A stretch of DNA of 61,772 nucleotides, the filler included. It is 7 parts of 7 records of this genome, joined end to end, with 100 filler letters (N's around TTAATTAATTAA, not from the genome) between each part and the next. Parts side by side here need not be neighbours in the genome. Positions count along the whole stretch, not along the records: positions 18,959 to 28,865 come from SRR31156797_24479; positions 28,966 to 39,914 come from SRR31156797_24480; 5 more parts are not named here. One strand, 5' to 3'. The notes beneath the pieces were generated by a model. That model saw only the letters and a list, made by a program, of their open reading frames with translations. It had not been told where the DNA came from and searched no databases. The translations under genes were made by a program, and so were the position numbers. Numbering within the stretch: position 1 is the stretch's first letter; the number at the start of each line of letters is the position of its first letter. Of this stretch, positions 19,298-30,068 are shown in pieces.

Positions 19298-19762
19298 ATG
19301 CGCATCTTGATCATTCCCATGATACTCCTTATTTCATTTATCATCTATCTCGCTTTTTCTAACCCGAATATGATTGTTGTTTCTGAAAATCTGAAACTCA
19401 ACGATATTTCGAACCAAACCCGTGAAGCAATCCAAGGCAAAAACTTCTGGAAACATCAGTTAAACGAAGTAAAACGGCTCAAAATGCAACTTAAAGAGAA
19501 TCTTGCATTAAACAAAAGACAAAGAGAGGAGCATATTCAACTGTTGAAAAGAATACAGTCAAGAGAAGAAGATAACTCTTTCAAGTCATTAACTTCGGAT
19601 CAAAAGGAAACACTCTGGGCGACAAAAGAAGCAAATATGATTAGAGAGATAAAAGACATCAACAGGCAATATGAACACAGTAAGCAGATTGTCACAGACG
19701 ATTTCCCCGAACTCAACAAACTCATGGGAAAAATCGAAGGTCACATCAAAACTCTTAATTAA
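19298..19762 (+). CDS. Hypothetical membrane-anchored coiled-coil protein
   Basis: 154 aa, N-terminal TM segment, K/E/Q-rich helical body, AT-rich DNA. Confidence 0.6.
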   Translation: MRILIIPMILLISFIIYLAFSNPNMIVVSENLKLNDISNQTREAIQGKNFWKHQLNEVKRLKMQLKENLALNKRQREEHIQLLKRIQSREEDNSFKSLTSDQKETLWATKEANMIREIKDINRQYEHSKQIVTDDFPELNKLMGKIEGHIKTLN

Positions 19763-19867
19763 AGAAAGAAAAGCCAAAGAAAAAGGTAGGTCCACCGAAG
19801 ACATGAAATAAAAGGAATCTATGCAACCCAGCTCATACACATATAATTGGAATAAAATTCGACAGTA

Positions 19868-20890
19868 CTATTTCTGGACTGTCTGTAAAAATCGGACAAG
19901 TGTACGACAAATAACTTGATCGTACTTCCGTTCGTTAGTGACAAGTTCAGCAGCAGCATTAATCGGTGGGATGCAAGTACGATAGGCACAATCCGTAATC
20001 ATGGCACAATAGGAGTCAGCCACAGCGGCGATTCGCCCCAACTGGCCAATACTCTCGCCTTTCAATTTATTGGGATAACCGGTGCCATTGAGTCGTTCAT
20101 GATGTTGAATGACAGGTTCGACTATTTCCTGCCGCGTCAAATTCAACTTTGTCAAAAGTTCCACCCCGGCATTAGGGTGCTCTCGCATAGTTCGCCGTTC
20201 GGAAGTGGTAAGTTGTTGGGGTTTTCCAAGCATCAATGGAGAAAGACGCGACATACCAATATCATATAAGAGGAAACCTAGCGCTATTGTTTCCAAAAGC
20301 TCAAGCGTCATATCCCCCTTATTCAATTCCACATATATGGCTAAAGCAATGATTGACGCATTAATACGCCGTCTTTCTATGGAAAGATCTGCATGCACAT
20401 CCTTGACTAATCGAGCAATACGTTGCGGATTCTGAATCAAATAAACACAAAGAGACTCGACAGCGCGTTGCAAATCTTCAAGATGCCCTGCCAAATGGTG
20501 GGTATAGAGTGCCCCCTGCCGACGATTTAATTCATTAATAAAGAGCCCGGCTTTCTCTTCCCAAGTCAAATTTGGATCTTCAAGAGCAGTATCAAGATTA
20601 CAAGCAACACATTCTGTATATTGTTCGATTTGATTACGAGAAAAAAACAGTAAACCCTTTTCGCTCAATTCTCTGACTTTGCCGCGTAAATGCCGATCAA
20701 GATCTCGCCCAGCAACATACACAGGCGACAGAACCCGAATATCTTCCTTCCAATGGAAAAGATTCACAGGATACTGCTGCCGAGGAAAACAATCTAAAAT
20801 ATTTGGATCTATCTGATTATAATCTTCAGTACTTATACCGTCTGAACAATCAACTTCCTTGACGCCCAGCATATTCTCTTTGATTGCCAT
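19868..20890 (-). CDS. HD-GYP domain protein with degenerate HD (YD) motif
   Basis: LLYDIG in place of LLHDIG; HHERLNGTGYP and AVADSY are intact. Confidence 0.85.
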   Translation of the reverse strand: MAIKENMLGVKEVDCSDGISTEDYNQIDPNILDCFPRQQYPVNLFHWKEDIRVLSPVYVAGRDLDRHLRGKVRELSEKGLLFFSRNQIEQYTECVACNLDTALEDPNLTWEEKAGLFINELNRRQGALYTHHLAGHLEDLQRAVESLCVYLIQNPQRIARLVKDVHADLSIERRRINASIIALAIYVELNKGDMTLELLETIALGFLLYDIGMSRLSPLMLGKPQQLTTSERRTMREHPNAGVELLTKLNLTRQEIVEPVIQHHERLNGTGYPNKLKGESIGQLGRIAAVADSYCAMITDCAYRTCIPPINAAAELVTNERKYDQVICRTLVRFLQTVQK

Positions 20891-21133
20891 AAACCTCTGC
20901 CGAATCCCGAACGTATCTTTGAGTTCATATTCATAACTAAAACCAGATTATCACCGATAAAAACGTGTTTAAAACACTCAGTATTAATTCCCCTAAGTTC
21001 GCCTCGGACATATTGTCAAGCGCACCCTTAAGGAAAAAACGAAAAATCAATACACTACAATTTGATATTTCGCCAAGAAAATTAGCAGACTGAACCCCAA
21101 ATACGATATTCTCGTCAAATTAACATCCTGTAC

Positions 21134-21166
21134 AAAAAAAAGGTCCAGCCTTTCGGCTGAACCTTT
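21134..21166 (-). terminator. Intrinsic terminator
   Basis: AAAAGGTCCAGCC-TTTC-GGCTGAACCTTTT hairpin flanked by A/T runs. Confidence 0.65.
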
Positions 21167-21191
21167 TATTTTTTTTATATACAATGGTGAG

Positions 21192-21815
21192 TTACACGTA
21201 TTCTGGAGAATCTATTATAAGCTGAACAGTATCACTAACTGAATCATACCCGTCAGCAAAAGATCCCATCGGCATCTCATGAACGACCGGAATCGAAGTT
21301 GCCCCCAAAAGACTGACCGCAACGAATTCACTCCCAACATTGTCATTGTTGTCACCGAAGAAAAGGTCATCAGGAGTCAGAATGTCGAGCGAAGAAGAAT
21401 CCTCAGCATCTTCCGGTATCATTAACGGCTCAAGCCATTCATTTGGTGAGATGGTATCGCCATCCCCATCGCCTGTCACAGAGTTGTCCATAATGCCACC
21501 AGCAGCCGTCTCAATGGATTGATCTGCATCATTAAAAGCAAAAAGATAGATATCGCCGGGAACCTCTTCACCTCCCTTCAGTTCAAATGAAGGAAGTGCA
21601 TTTTCCTGAGCCAGAGTCAGATAGTTCTTGATAACGACAGAACCACCGCCCTCCCCGGTAAAGACAAGATCATTACCGTTGCATGAAAAAACGACTTCAG
21701 AAACAAAGAATGTAAATTTGACTGGTACGTCAGATGAAACCTGATACTCAACGACCTCTCCTGCTTTAGGCAAGGAGACTTCAAGATTTGATGTGGAACT
21801 GATCTTGTCCGCCAT
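21192..21815 (-). CDS. Small acidic protein resembling the N-terminus of T1SS/RTX adhesins (TAAG motif)
   Basis: Start at ATG 21815 after GGAGG. GNDLVF...VVIKNY, ETAAGG, acidic tail, no Sec signal. Confidence 0.6.
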   Translation of the reverse strand: MADKISSTSNLEVSLPKAGEVVEYQVSSDVPVKFTFFVSEVVFSCNGNDLVFTGEGGGSVVIKNYLTLAQENALPSFELKGGEEVPGDIYLFAFNDADQSIETAAGGIMDNSVTGDGDGDTISPNEWLEPLMIPEDAEDSSSLDILTPDDLFFGDNNDNVGSEFVAVSLLGATSIPVVHEMPMGSFADGYDSVSDTVQLIIDSPEYV

Positions 21816-22238
21816 AAGATCCTCCTGGAGCATTTATAGAAAAAGTCTAAAAAACAATCATTCCATAGTGCTTGTTTAAAAATAGCCGAAATCAATGATT
21901 TTCGTCAACCAAATAAACACTTACAATCCGATATGTTAGAATGTGAATAACTCAGCACCCTTCGAAGACATTACAAGCAGCCCTTTATTGGCAGCATTTT
22001 TTAATCATAGGCGTTTACAGCAGAATTTAATATTTTTCCACAGCTTGATGTTGATAAAAAAAGACACATCATACATACCCCCCTAGCGTATTACCCGACA
22101 TCAAACTGACAATCATTTGATTTTCATGCAAAAATAAAACCAAAAAAATAACAATAAATACACCTACGCATTTGCCTTTGTTCCTGTTGAAACATATTGT
22201 ACCGATATTTCTTCAACCATTGTCGGGCGTTCATAATC

Positions 22239-23309
22239 ATGATCACATTCAAAGATACAACCATCGGCGCACTAGAATTTACTGTCCGGTGGGAACATAA
22301 CAACATTCAACACGAAGAATGGTTCCTTGGCCGGAAATTTAATCCGGTCAATGACGTTTTTCCTCGTGGTATGCGTGAATCTCTGGAAGGAAAAGGTGTT
22401 GGAGACTCGGTAACAATCACCTACGAACCACGCATGTGTATTCCACGACACAAAGAAAGCATGGTTCAAACCTTCGACTTGGACCGTTTGCGGCCCAAGA
22501 CCATACAGGGAGAGCCCATTGTTCCCCGTGAAGGAAGATTCTACCCTCAAGGACATATCAACGGCCTGCTGGATGTTTATCCAGACACCCTCACCCCTTT
22601 TCGCCTGACACAAATAGGTGATGAGACTTTTACAGCTGATCGTAATCACCCTTTATCAACTATCCCTGTCACCATAACAGCTACCATTCAATACATGGAA
22701 GAACGTGGGACTGGCACGTATGGCTCTCTTACTCACTGGCGCGAAAAGATATGTGATTGGGGTCCAGGCATGCAGGCAACGCATGATGACGAGCCGACAG
22801 ATTTTTTCCATCCGGCGTTCTTTGATCGAAAAGCTACGGAGGACACCCCCTTCACCCCTCCTCCTGTGGATATCACAGCGAAACAAAATCTTGAAAATGC
22901 GTACGCCCGCTTCATCAAACCAGATATGCGCGTCCTCGATTTCTCCATGGGTACAGAGCGTCCCCAAGGCAAATTTGACGCAGCAATCTGCACTTTCTCT
23001 GTCGAATACATGCACAGGCCAGTAGATATCATCCGGTATGTCAGCCACTTTTTGGAACCCGGCGCCCCCATTGTCATAGGATTCTCAAACACGTTCGACG
23101 AGTCCAACGTCATTCAAGGTTGGAAAGAAATGCATGAATTCGAGCGCATGGGGCTGGTCTTGGAATACCTACGCTTTACCAAACTCGACAATGAAGCAGG
23201 AACCCTCTCATTCCGTAACGACTGGCGACAGGAGGATGATCCCCTCTTCAGGGAAACCAAAGGAGTCAGTGACCCGATCTATGTCGTCTATGGACACAAA
23301 GCGAAATAA
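22239..23309 (+). CDS. SlyD/FKBP-like N-terminal region fused to a methyltransferase-like domain
   Basis: FPRGMRESLEGKGVGD and ADRNHPL (FKBP/SlyD-like); RVLDF, FDAAICTFSVEY, IGFSN (class I MTase-like, shortened SAM loop). Confidence 0.65.
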   Translation: MITFKDTTIGALEFTVRWEHNNIQHEEWFLGRKFNPVNDVFPRGMRESLEGKGVGDSVTITYEPRMCIPRHKESMVQTFDLDRLRPKTIQGEPIVPREGRFYPQGHINGLLDVYPDTLTPFRLTQIGDETFTADRNHPLSTIPVTITATIQYMEERGTGTYGSLTHWREKICDWGPGMQATHDDEPTDFFHPAFFDRKATEDTPFTPPPVDITAKQNLENAYARFIKPDMRVLDFSMGTERPQGKFDAAICTFSVEYMHRPVDIIRYVSHFLEPGAPIVIGFSNTFDESNVIQGWKEMHEFERMGLVLEYLRFTKLDNEAGTLSFRNDWRQEDDPLFRETKGVSDPIYVVYGHKAK

Positions 23310-23343
23310 AAAAAGCCCCGGAGAATAATTCTCCGGGGCTTTC
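23308..23343. terminator. Terminator between convergent genes, strongest for the thi operon
   Basis: AAAAAAAGCCCCGGAGAA-TAA-TTCTCCGGGGCTTT. Confidence 0.8.
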
Positions 23344-23361
23344 ATTTTCTATAAACCAAAC

Positions 23362-24672
23362 TTAGTCATCCAATTGAATATCTTTACCTTCCAACACACG
23401 GTTCATGTTGCGCACTGCGCACATCTTACCGCACATAGAGCAGGAATCCTCATGTTCGGGCTTGGAAGATTCACGGTACTCGTGAGGACGAACCGGGTCC
23501 ATTGCGAGATTGAACATGGCTTTCCAATCAAGAGCCGCACGGGCCGTGGACATTTTGTCATCCCAATCGCGTGCACCAGGGTATCCTTTGGCAATATCGG
23601 CGGCATGAGCAGCGATACGTGTAGCGATAATCCCCTCTTTCATATCCTCCATAGTTGGCAGACGCAGATGTTCAGCCGGAGTGACGTAACACAGGAAATC
23701 CGCACCGGACATACCAGCGATGGCCCCACCAATGGCAGAAGTAATATGATCGTAACCAGGGGCAACATCTGTCACGATAGGACCGAGCACGTAAAACGGC
23801 GCTCCGTGGCACAATCTTTTTTCCATCATCATGTTACCGGCAATCTCACCCATAGCCATATGACCCGGGCCTTCAATCATAACCTGAACATTTCGCTCCC
23901 AGGCACGCTTTGTCAGCTCGCCCAAAGTGATAAGTTCCTCCACCTGACAAGCGTCAGTAGCGTCATGCAAACAACCAGGACGGCAACCATCGCCAAGGCT
24001 CAAAGTAACATCATACTCTTCACAAATGTCGAGCAAACGATCAAAATGCTCATAGAAGGGATTCTCTGCATTATTGATTTCCATCCACGTGAAGAGCAAA
24101 GAACCACCGCGTGAAACGATATTGGTCAGTCGCTTGGCATCCTTGACTTTTTCTGCAGTATGCTTGTTCAAACCGCAGTGAATGGTCAGGAAATCCACAC
24201 CGTCTTCAACATGACGTTGCACGACATCAAAGAACTCATCCACAGTGATATCCTGCAAATTCTTGTCATAGAATCCTACAGCATCATAAATGGGCACTGT
24301 GCCGACCATGGCCGGAGACATCTTCACCAATTTCTGCCGAAACTCTTGTGTCTTTCCGTAGCAGGACAAGTCCATAATGGCCTCGGCCTTGAGGTCCAAC
24401 GCAGCTTGAACCTTGTCCAATTCCGGGTCCACATCGCTGCAGTCCTTGGAAATACCCAAGTTAACGTTGATCTTGATACGCATGCCTTCGCCAACGGCTT
24501 CGGCATCCAGGTTGGTGTGATTCTTATTGGCCGGGATAATAACAGTTCCCTTGGCCATACGTTCCATAAGGTCCTCGATACGGATATTTTCCTTACGAGC
24601 CACGGTTTCCATCTGGGGGGTGACAATGCCTTTCCGAGCCGCGTCCATCTGAGTGGTGTATGATGCTGCCAT
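23362..24672 (-). CDS. thiC: Phosphomethylpyrimidine synthase ThiC
   Basis: [46 protein letters not shown]. Confidence 0.97.
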   Translation of the reverse strand: MAASYTTQMDAARKGIVTPQMETVARKENIRIEDLMERMAKGTVIIPANKNHTNLDAEAVGEGMRIKINVNLGISKDCSDVDPELDKVQAALDLKAEAIMDLSCYGKTQEFRQKLVKMSPAMVGTVPIYDAVGFYDKNLQDITVDEFFDVVQRHVEDGVDFLTIHCGLNKHTAEKVKDAKRLTNIVSRGGSLLFTWMEINNAENPFYEHFDRLLDICEEYDVTLSLGDGCRPGCLHDATDACQVEELITLGELTKRAWERNVQVMIEGPGHMAMGEIAGNMMMEKRLCHGAPFYVLGPIVTDVAPGYDHITSAIGGAIAGMSGADFLCYVTPAEHLRLPTMEDMKEGIIATRIAAHAADIAKGYPGARDWDDKMSTARAALDWKAMFNLAMDPVRPHEYRESSKPEHEDSCSMCGKMCAVRNMNRVLEGKDIQLDD

Positions 24673-24674
24673 GC

Positions 24675-25331
24675 TTACTCCTTCGCTGCTTCAATCTCAT
24701 GACGAAGCGCGTTGATTTTTTCGTTTATATTTTTATCACCGACAATCTCAGTCACTATCGCCACGCAAGATGCGCCACGTCGTACAACTTCGCCAATGTT
24801 ATGTTCCTTGATGCCGCCGATAGCCACAAAGGGGATATCAACATTATTGACGACATAATCCAGATATTCGAACCCCACGGGGTCTACAACATCTTCCTTG
24901 GTATAGGTTTTAAAAATCGGTCCGACACCGATGTAATCTGCACCACGCTTGACTGCATCACGAGCCTCAGCCGGACTGTGGGTCGACAGGCCAATAGCCA
25001 TATCTTCCCCCACCAGTCGACGTACAGCTTCCACAGGCAGATCTTCCTGCCCAATATGAACGCCGTCCGCGCCTACCAATCGAGCCAATTCGATATCGTC
25101 ATTGACGATAAATGCAGCTCCGGCCTCACGGGTCATATCTCGAATAACAAGACACTCCTCGTACTTGGCGCCCATCTTCTTTTCCTTTTCGCGGTACTGA
25201 ACCAGCTTGATCCCGCTGTCCAACATTTCCCGTACAACATCTATATTAGACCGACCCAACGAAAATTTTTCGCCAGTCAGACAATATATATCCGTATCAA
25301 GAATAGTATTTCGCGTAATTATCCGCGCCAT
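24675..25331 (-). CDS. thiE: Thiamine phosphate synthase
   Basis: [29 protein letters not shown]. Confidence 0.95.
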   Translation of the reverse strand: MARIITRNTILDTDIYCLTGEKFSLGRSNIDVVREMLDSGIKLVQYREKEKKMGAKYEECLVIRDMTREAGAAFIVNDDIELARLVGADGVHIGQEDLPVEAVRRLVGEDMAIGLSTHSPAEARDAVKRGADYIGVGPIFKTYTKEDVVDPVGFEYLDYVVNNVDIPFVAIGGIKEHNIGEVVRRGASCVAIVTEIVGDKNINEKINALRHEIEAAKE

Positions 25332-25960
25332 TATTTGCCTCCTTCAACCGCATATCGATTCAGGAAATGACTGAGCACCACATCCGCCTGCTTGGCAGCG
25401 GCAATACCCACTCGCGGAGAAAATGGCGGATTTTCATCCGTACATTCAGTCACCCCGTCACCGATAAGATAGAAGTTATCGCGTACTTTACGTGTAATCA
25501 TGGCGTCACTGCTACCAGTACCGCCCATGCCTGATGCGGCGACAACGAGCACTCCTTTCGGAAGCAAGGTTTCCACCAGCGCCTTTTTGGCTTCAGGGTC
25601 ATCAAAAGCCTCAACCACTATGTCGCATTCAGCAAACAATTCAGCCATATCCTCACCCGTCACCTTACCGATACACGGTTCCAGATCGAGATCAGGATTG
25701 ACGGCCAATAGGTTGGCAACCAAGGCTTCCACCTTGTATTCCCCCACCTGCTGTGCTGTATACGCCTGCCGATTGAGATTGGAGGGCTCCACACGGTCAA
25801 AATCGACCAATACAAAACGCTTAAACCCCGAACGCACCAGATGCATGGCGCAATTGGACCCAAGTCCGCCTGCGCCAGCAATACCGATGGAGACCGTCTG
25901 CAAAAAGGCCAGACGGTCTTTACCCAAGTAAGCGGCTATGCCTTGCTCGGTCCGATTCAT
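25331..25960 (-). CDS. thiF: ThiS adenylyltransferase (short ThiF type)
   Basis: GAGGLGS, DFDRVEPSNLNRQ, EAFD. Confidence 0.92.
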   Translation of the reverse strand: MNRTEQGIAAYLGKDRLAFLQTVSIGIAGAGGLGSNCAMHLVRSGFKRFVLVDFDRVEPSNLNRQAYTAQQVGEYKVEALVANLLAVNPDLDLEPCIGKVTGEDMAELFAECDIVVEAFDDPEAKKALVETLLPKGVLVVAASGMGGTGSSDAMITRKVRDNFYLIGDGVTECTDENPPFSPRVGIAAAKQADVVLSHFLNRYAVEGGK

Positions 25961-27093
25961 GCGCTCGCCTTTGCCTGCAACTCAATGGGTTCCCAGTCTT
26001 TATAAATCGGCTGATATCCACATCTACGCAGCATCTCACACATTTCTTCCACGCTCCGTGTATCAGCAATCTCAAACTGCCCGACCTGATCATGTTCTTG
26101 AGTATGACCGCCCACAGCAGTGGTGACACCGGCAGACATTTTGGTCACGCCCAACGGCAGGATGTGTTCACGGAACTCCGCTGATTCACGAGTGGAAACG
26201 GTGATACCAAGACGCGGCAAAAACAGTCGCAAAGCAAGCATGTACTGCACAAGATCTCTGTCATCTGCGATGCTCGCAGGCTGATATTCACCGGCATGAG
26301 GCCGCATCCTCGGCGGCGACACGGAAATATCCACTTCGGGATACTTATGCATGAGATAAGCCGCATGCATTCCTGTGAAGAAAGCATCCCGGTGCCAATC
26401 GCCCAATCCAAGCAATGCGCCAATGGTTACCACGCGCATTCCGGCCTGACAGCCGCGCTCTGGGGCATCCAACCGATATCTATAGTCTTTCTTTGGACCC
26501 TTGGGATGCAAGGTGGCATACAACTCCTCGTTGTATGTCTCTTGAAACATGGTCAAACCATCAGCTCCGGCAGCCACCAAACGAGCATACTCGTCCTGAT
26601 CCATGGCAAAAACCTCAATGGACACGGACGGGAAATGCTTCCGAAGCACTCCCATGCAATCTTCAAGATAATCTACCCCAGCCTTAGCCGGAGCCTCACC
26701 TGTAAGAATGAGCAAATGCTTAAGCCCGGTGTCAGCAATGGCCTTGGCCTCCACATCCAACTGTTCCAAGGTCAATTGATCACGAGGAATGTCATTCTTG
26801 CAGTTGAAACCGCAATACACACAGTGATTGGAACAGAAATTGGATAAATACAGTGGTGTAAACAACTGTATGGCCCGTCCAAAATTCTGGGCGGTCAGGC
26901 GACTCGCTTTCTGTGCCATTTCTTCAAGAAGAGGTACGGCAGCAGGACTCATGAAATTCATAAAATCTTCAATAGTCGGCGTCATCTTATTCAAAGACCG
27001 ACGAACATCCTCCGCTGTAACAGCGGCAAACTTTTCATCGAGAGGTACAGAAGCATATTCTGCAAGTACTGAATAGAAACTCACTTTACTCAC
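25957..27093 (-). CDS. thiH: 2-iminoacetate synthase (radical SAM)
   Basis: [34 protein letters not shown]. Confidence 0.95.
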   Translation of the reverse strand: MSKVSFYSVLAEYASVPLDEKFAAVTAEDVRRSLNKMTPTIEDFMNFMSPAAVPLLEEMAQKASRLTAQNFGRAIQLFTPLYLSNFCSNHCVYCGFNCKNDIPRDQLTLEQLDVEAKAIADTGLKHLLILTGEAPAKAGVDYLEDCMGVLRKHFPSVSIEVFAMDQDEYARLVAAGADGLTMFQETYNEELYATLHPKGPKKDYRYRLDAPERGCQAGMRVVTIGALLGLGDWHRDAFFTGMHAAYLMHKYPEVDISVSPPRMRPHAGEYQPASIADDRDLVQYMLALRLFLPRLGITVSTRESAEFREHILPLGVTKMSAGVTTAVGGHTQEHDQVGQFEIADTRSVEEMCEMLRRCGYQPIYKDWEPIELQAKASA

Positions 27094-27862
27094 CGCCCAA
27101 AAAACCCGTCAGGGGTGATGATGCGTCCGCATGCACTTTGGTGGCACCCGGACCGGACAAATAAGCTTCACGCCCTGCCTTGACTGCGCGACCGAAGGCC
27201 TTAGCCATCACGCGTGGGTCAGAGGCTGTGGCAATAGCCGTATTCACCAAACAGGCATCTGCTCCCATTTCCATGGCTTCACACGCCTCGGAAGGACGAC
27301 CAATACCTGCATCAACAATAATTGGAAGATCGATTTCTTCAATAAGGATACGAACCATTTCGCGGGTTTTGAGGCCACGATTCGTGCCAATAGGCGCCCC
27401 CAAAGGCATGACAGCGGCAGCGCCGGCGTTGACCAAACTTTGGGCCACATACAAATCCGCGTTGACATAAGGAAAGACAACGAAGCCTTCCTTGGCCAGA
27501 ATCTCAGTAGCTTTGGCTGTTTCATATCCGTCGGGCAACAGATATTTATTGTCAGAAATGACCTCAATCTTAATCCAGTCTCCACAGCCCATAGCTCGTG
27601 CCAGTCGAGCAATGCGTACAGCCTCTTCTGCAGTACGAGCACCTGACGTATTAGGCAAAAGCTGCATATGCTTTGGAATAAAATCCATGACATTACCGGT
27701 ACTGGATTCAAGGTCAACACGCCGCAGCGCTACGGTGATAACCTGCGAGCCTGAAGCTTCACAAACATCGGGAACAATCGCGTCGTCACCATATTTACCG
27801 GTGCCGGTGAACAGCCTGCTGTTCAATTTTACACCACCGACTTCAAATATATCTTCACACAT
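27086..27862 (-). CDS. thiG: Thiazole synthase
   Basis: [36 protein letters not shown]. Confidence 0.97.
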   Translation of the reverse strand: MCEDIFEVGGVKLNSRLFTGTGKYGDDAIVPDVCEASGSQVITVALRRVDLESSTGNVMDFIPKHMQLLPNTSGARTAEEAVRIARLARAMGCGDWIKIEVISDNKYLLPDGYETAKATEILAKEGFVVFPYVNADLYVAQSLVNAGAAAVMPLGAPIGTNRGLKTREMVRILIEEIDLPIIVDAGIGRPSEACEAMEMGADACLVNTAIATASDPRVMAKAFGRAVKAGREAYLSGPGATKVHADASSPLTGFLGGE

Positions 27863-27871
27863 GATTCTCTC

Positions 27872-28072
27872 CTAACCTCCACCCACAAAACGAAGGACCT
27901 CTAAATGGTCTCCATCATTGAGCGAAGTGGTATCGAAGTTTTCACCGGGCACGATGTCACCATTCCGCTCTACCACGACAACTTGCGGCGAAACATCTTT
28001 GCTTTCGAGCAGAGCGAGGATCGTCATCCCCTCCGTCACATTTACTTCCTTGCCATTCAGAACGACAATCAT
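27872..28072 (-). CDS. thiS: Sulfur carrier protein ThiS
   Basis: 66 aa from ATG 28072 (SD GGAG upstream), ending FVGGG. Confidence 0.93.
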   Translation of the reverse strand: MIVVLNGKEVNVTEGMTILALLESKDVSPQVVVVERNGDIVPGENFDTTSLNDGDHLEVLRFVGGG

Positions 28073-28099
28073 GAGCATCTCCTTTAAGTTCCCGGTCAC

Positions 28100-28132
28100 A
28101 AAAAAAGCGCTTACCCCTATGAGGGCAAGCGC
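28100..28132 (-). terminator. Expression-platform terminator of the TPP riboswitch
   Basis: Minus strand GCGCTTGCCCT-CAT-AGGGGTAAGCGC followed by 7 U, between the aptamer and thiS. Confidence 0.8.
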
Positions 28133-28157
28133 GGTCTGACGGAATATCAGTTGCAAC

Positions 28158-28248
28158 CAGCTTCCCTACGGCGGAATTAACCGCATCAGGTTCAAAGGGT
28201 TGGACTGCTTCGTCCATCTCAGCCTCAACAAAGAGGCTCCCCTAGCTG
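28158..28248 (-). ncRNA. TPP riboswitch aptamer
   Basis: Minus strand CTAGGGGAGCC...GGCTGAGA...ACCCTTTGAACCTGATGCGGTTAATTCCGCCGTAGGGAAG, upstream of thiS. Confidence 0.96.
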
Positions 28249-28386
28249 CGGTGAAGATTATGCCTTTTGTTTCTCCCTGTAAAGCCCCCTAGATTAAAAA
28301 ATAACATTACAACAAAAACCTAAAGTTATCATAATGATCAGCCGATATAGTTGCCGTGACCACATAAAAAATAGGGGAAATCTCTC

Positions 28387-28827
28387 ATGTTCTCGACCAT
28401 GTTTCAAGCCACGGGTTTCAAGCGAGCTCTTGATCTGTGCAAACAAGGTAAAATTGATGAAGCGGCGGTGCTTCTCAAAAGTCTCCAGGATGAATTCCTG
28501 GCAGTCTGCGAAGAGAATGAAGCACTTAAAGAACAATTATCAGAAGTAGCAGAAGTTCTCGATCTTGCTGAAAAGATACATTTCGATGGTCAAAAATACT
28601 GGCTTACGGATGAAGGCGAGAAAAAAGGGCCCTTCTGTCAAGTTTGCTATGATCGCGACGGTTTGCTGGTTCACCTCCATGAACACAAAAACCATTGGGA
28701 ATGCCAGAGTTGTCATGGACTCTATATGGTTCCACAGGACTCACAGGCAGAAACCAAGAAAAAACCAATATTGCGAACAACGTTGAAAAAAACTATTCCA
28801 CTCTTTCTTGAACAGGAAATGGTTTAA
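28387..28827 (+). CDS. Hypothetical protein: coiled coil plus CxxC/CxxC zinc ribbon
   Basis: GPFCQVCYD...WECQSC after a heptad region; SD-like GGGG upstream. Confidence 0.75.
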   Translation: MFSTMFQATGFKRALDLCKQGKIDEAAVLLKSLQDEFLAVCEENEALKEQLSEVAEVLDLAEKIHFDGQKYWLTDEGEKKGPFCQVCYDRDGLLVHLHEHKNHWECQSCHGLYMVPQDSQAETKKKPILRTTLKKTIPLFLEQEMV

Positions 28828-28865
28828 GATGATTTTTACAAAAAAAGCCCTCGCCCGAATATTCG

Positions 28866-28965
28866 NNNNNNNNNNNNNNNNNNNNNNNNNNNNNNNNNNN
28901 NNNNNNNNNTTAATTAATTAANNNNNNNNNNNNNNNNNNNNNNNNNNNNNNNNNNNNNNNNNNNN
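28866..28965. other. Artificial contig spacer
   Basis: 100-nt N run containing TTAATTAATTAA. Confidence 0.98.
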
Positions 28966-29907
28966 CGTGAGGCGCTGACGCGGTATGGATACCAGGTCAG
29001 AACGGCTGAAGACGGCATTAAGGCTCTTGAATTAATCGAGCAACATGAATTCGACGTAATAGTAACGGACCTGTCCATGCCGAACCTGGACGGGTTCGGA
29101 CTGATGAAAAGGGCTTTAATCATTCAGCCCATGACTGCGGTCATTGTTCTTTCGGGTCAGGGCACATTTGAAAACGCCATCGAAGCGGTTCATCGCGGAG
29201 CTTACGATTTCGTACCCAAACCGGTCCGTGATTTTGAAGCATTCCGCATAACCATTGACCGGGGGTTGGAGCACAAGGGGCTTCTGGTAAAAAACCTCAA
29301 CTACCAGCGTCACCTGGAAGCGAGAGTCGAAGAGCAGACCCAGCAAATCAAAAACGCATCGATTTCTTTCATTAACACGTTGTTGATCGCCCTGGAGGAA
29401 AAAGATCAGTACACGGCCGGCCATTCCCGCAGGGTTACTTATTATGCTGTAGAAATCGCAAAGAGACTTAATCTTGACGACGATGTCTGGAAGATTGAAA
29501 CCGCCGGCAAGCTGCACGACATGGGCAAGTTAATGATCGATCTCAGTTACGTCAATAAACCGGGGCCTCTCAACGATGAAGAATGGAAGATAATGAAAGA
29601 GCACCCGGCCATTGCGGACCGGATACTTGTACATCTTCCCTTTCTCAAGGATGTGCGCCCCATTATACGTCATCACCACGAGCGCATGAATGGATCGGGC
29701 TACCCGGATGGACTTTCGGGTGAAGAATTCGACCTGCCCACGCAAATCCTGGCTGTAGCCGACTCATATGACGCCATGACTTCCAAAAGAAGTTATCGGG
29801 ATCCCATGCCCATGGAAGACGCCATTGCCGAGCTTAAGAGGTGGGTCGGCACTTATTGGCTGGCCGAGCCGGTAGACGCTCTGATTGATTTATTAAACAG
29901 CGAATAA
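28966..29907 (+). CDS. Response regulator with HD-GYP domain (RpfG-like), 5'-truncated
   Basis: Frame is open from the contig edge (FDVIVTDLSMPNLDG receiver); GHSRRV, LHDMGK, HHERMNGSGYP. Confidence 0.9.
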   Translation, partial: REALTRYGYQVRTAEDGIKALELIEQHEFDVIVTDLSMPNLDGFGLMKRALIIQPMTAVIVLSGQGTFENAIEAVHRGAYDFVPKPVRDFEAFRITIDRGLEHKGLLVKNLNYQRHLEARVEEQTQQIKNASISFINTLLIALEEKDQYTAGHSRRVTYYAVEIAKRLNLDDDVWKIETAGKLHDMGKLMIDLSYVNKPGPLNDEEWKIMKEHPAIADRILVHLPFLKDVRPIIRHHHERMNGSGYPDGLSGEEFDLPTQILAVADSYDAMTSKRSYRDPMPMEDAIAELKRWVGTYWLAEPVDALIDLLNSE

Positions 29908-29964
29908 AATTTCGGATAAATATTTACCCGCCGCCGCCCCTGTCAGGTTTAACGGGCAAATCCC

Positions 29965-29993
29965 TTGACAAAAACCTAAAGTCGGTATAACTT
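29965..29993 (+). promoter_or_regulatory. Sigma70-type promoter TTGACA-N17-TAACTT
   Basis: Perfect -35 at 29965-29970; TAnnnT at 29988-29993. Confidence 0.6.
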
Positions 29994-29999
29994 TAAACT

Positions 30000-30068
30000 G
30001 TCTTAAGGATAAGACTGTACATAACAACCCATGGAAAGGGCGCTTAAATATGCGCCCTTTTTTTGTTT
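30000..30068 (+). ncRNA. Candidate small RNA with GGA-loop hairpins and intrinsic terminator
   Basis: GTCTTA-AGGA-TAAGAC hairpin, CCC-ATGGAAA-GGG, then AAAGGGCGC...GCGCCCTTT plus U tract, right after the promoter. Confidence 0.45.

Noticed and set aside
23362-28248. thi operon as a novelty (no thiD, ThiS ending GGG)
   Set aside because: Ordinary anaerobic thiamine pathway under a standard TPP riboswitch; thiD is often encoded elsewhere.
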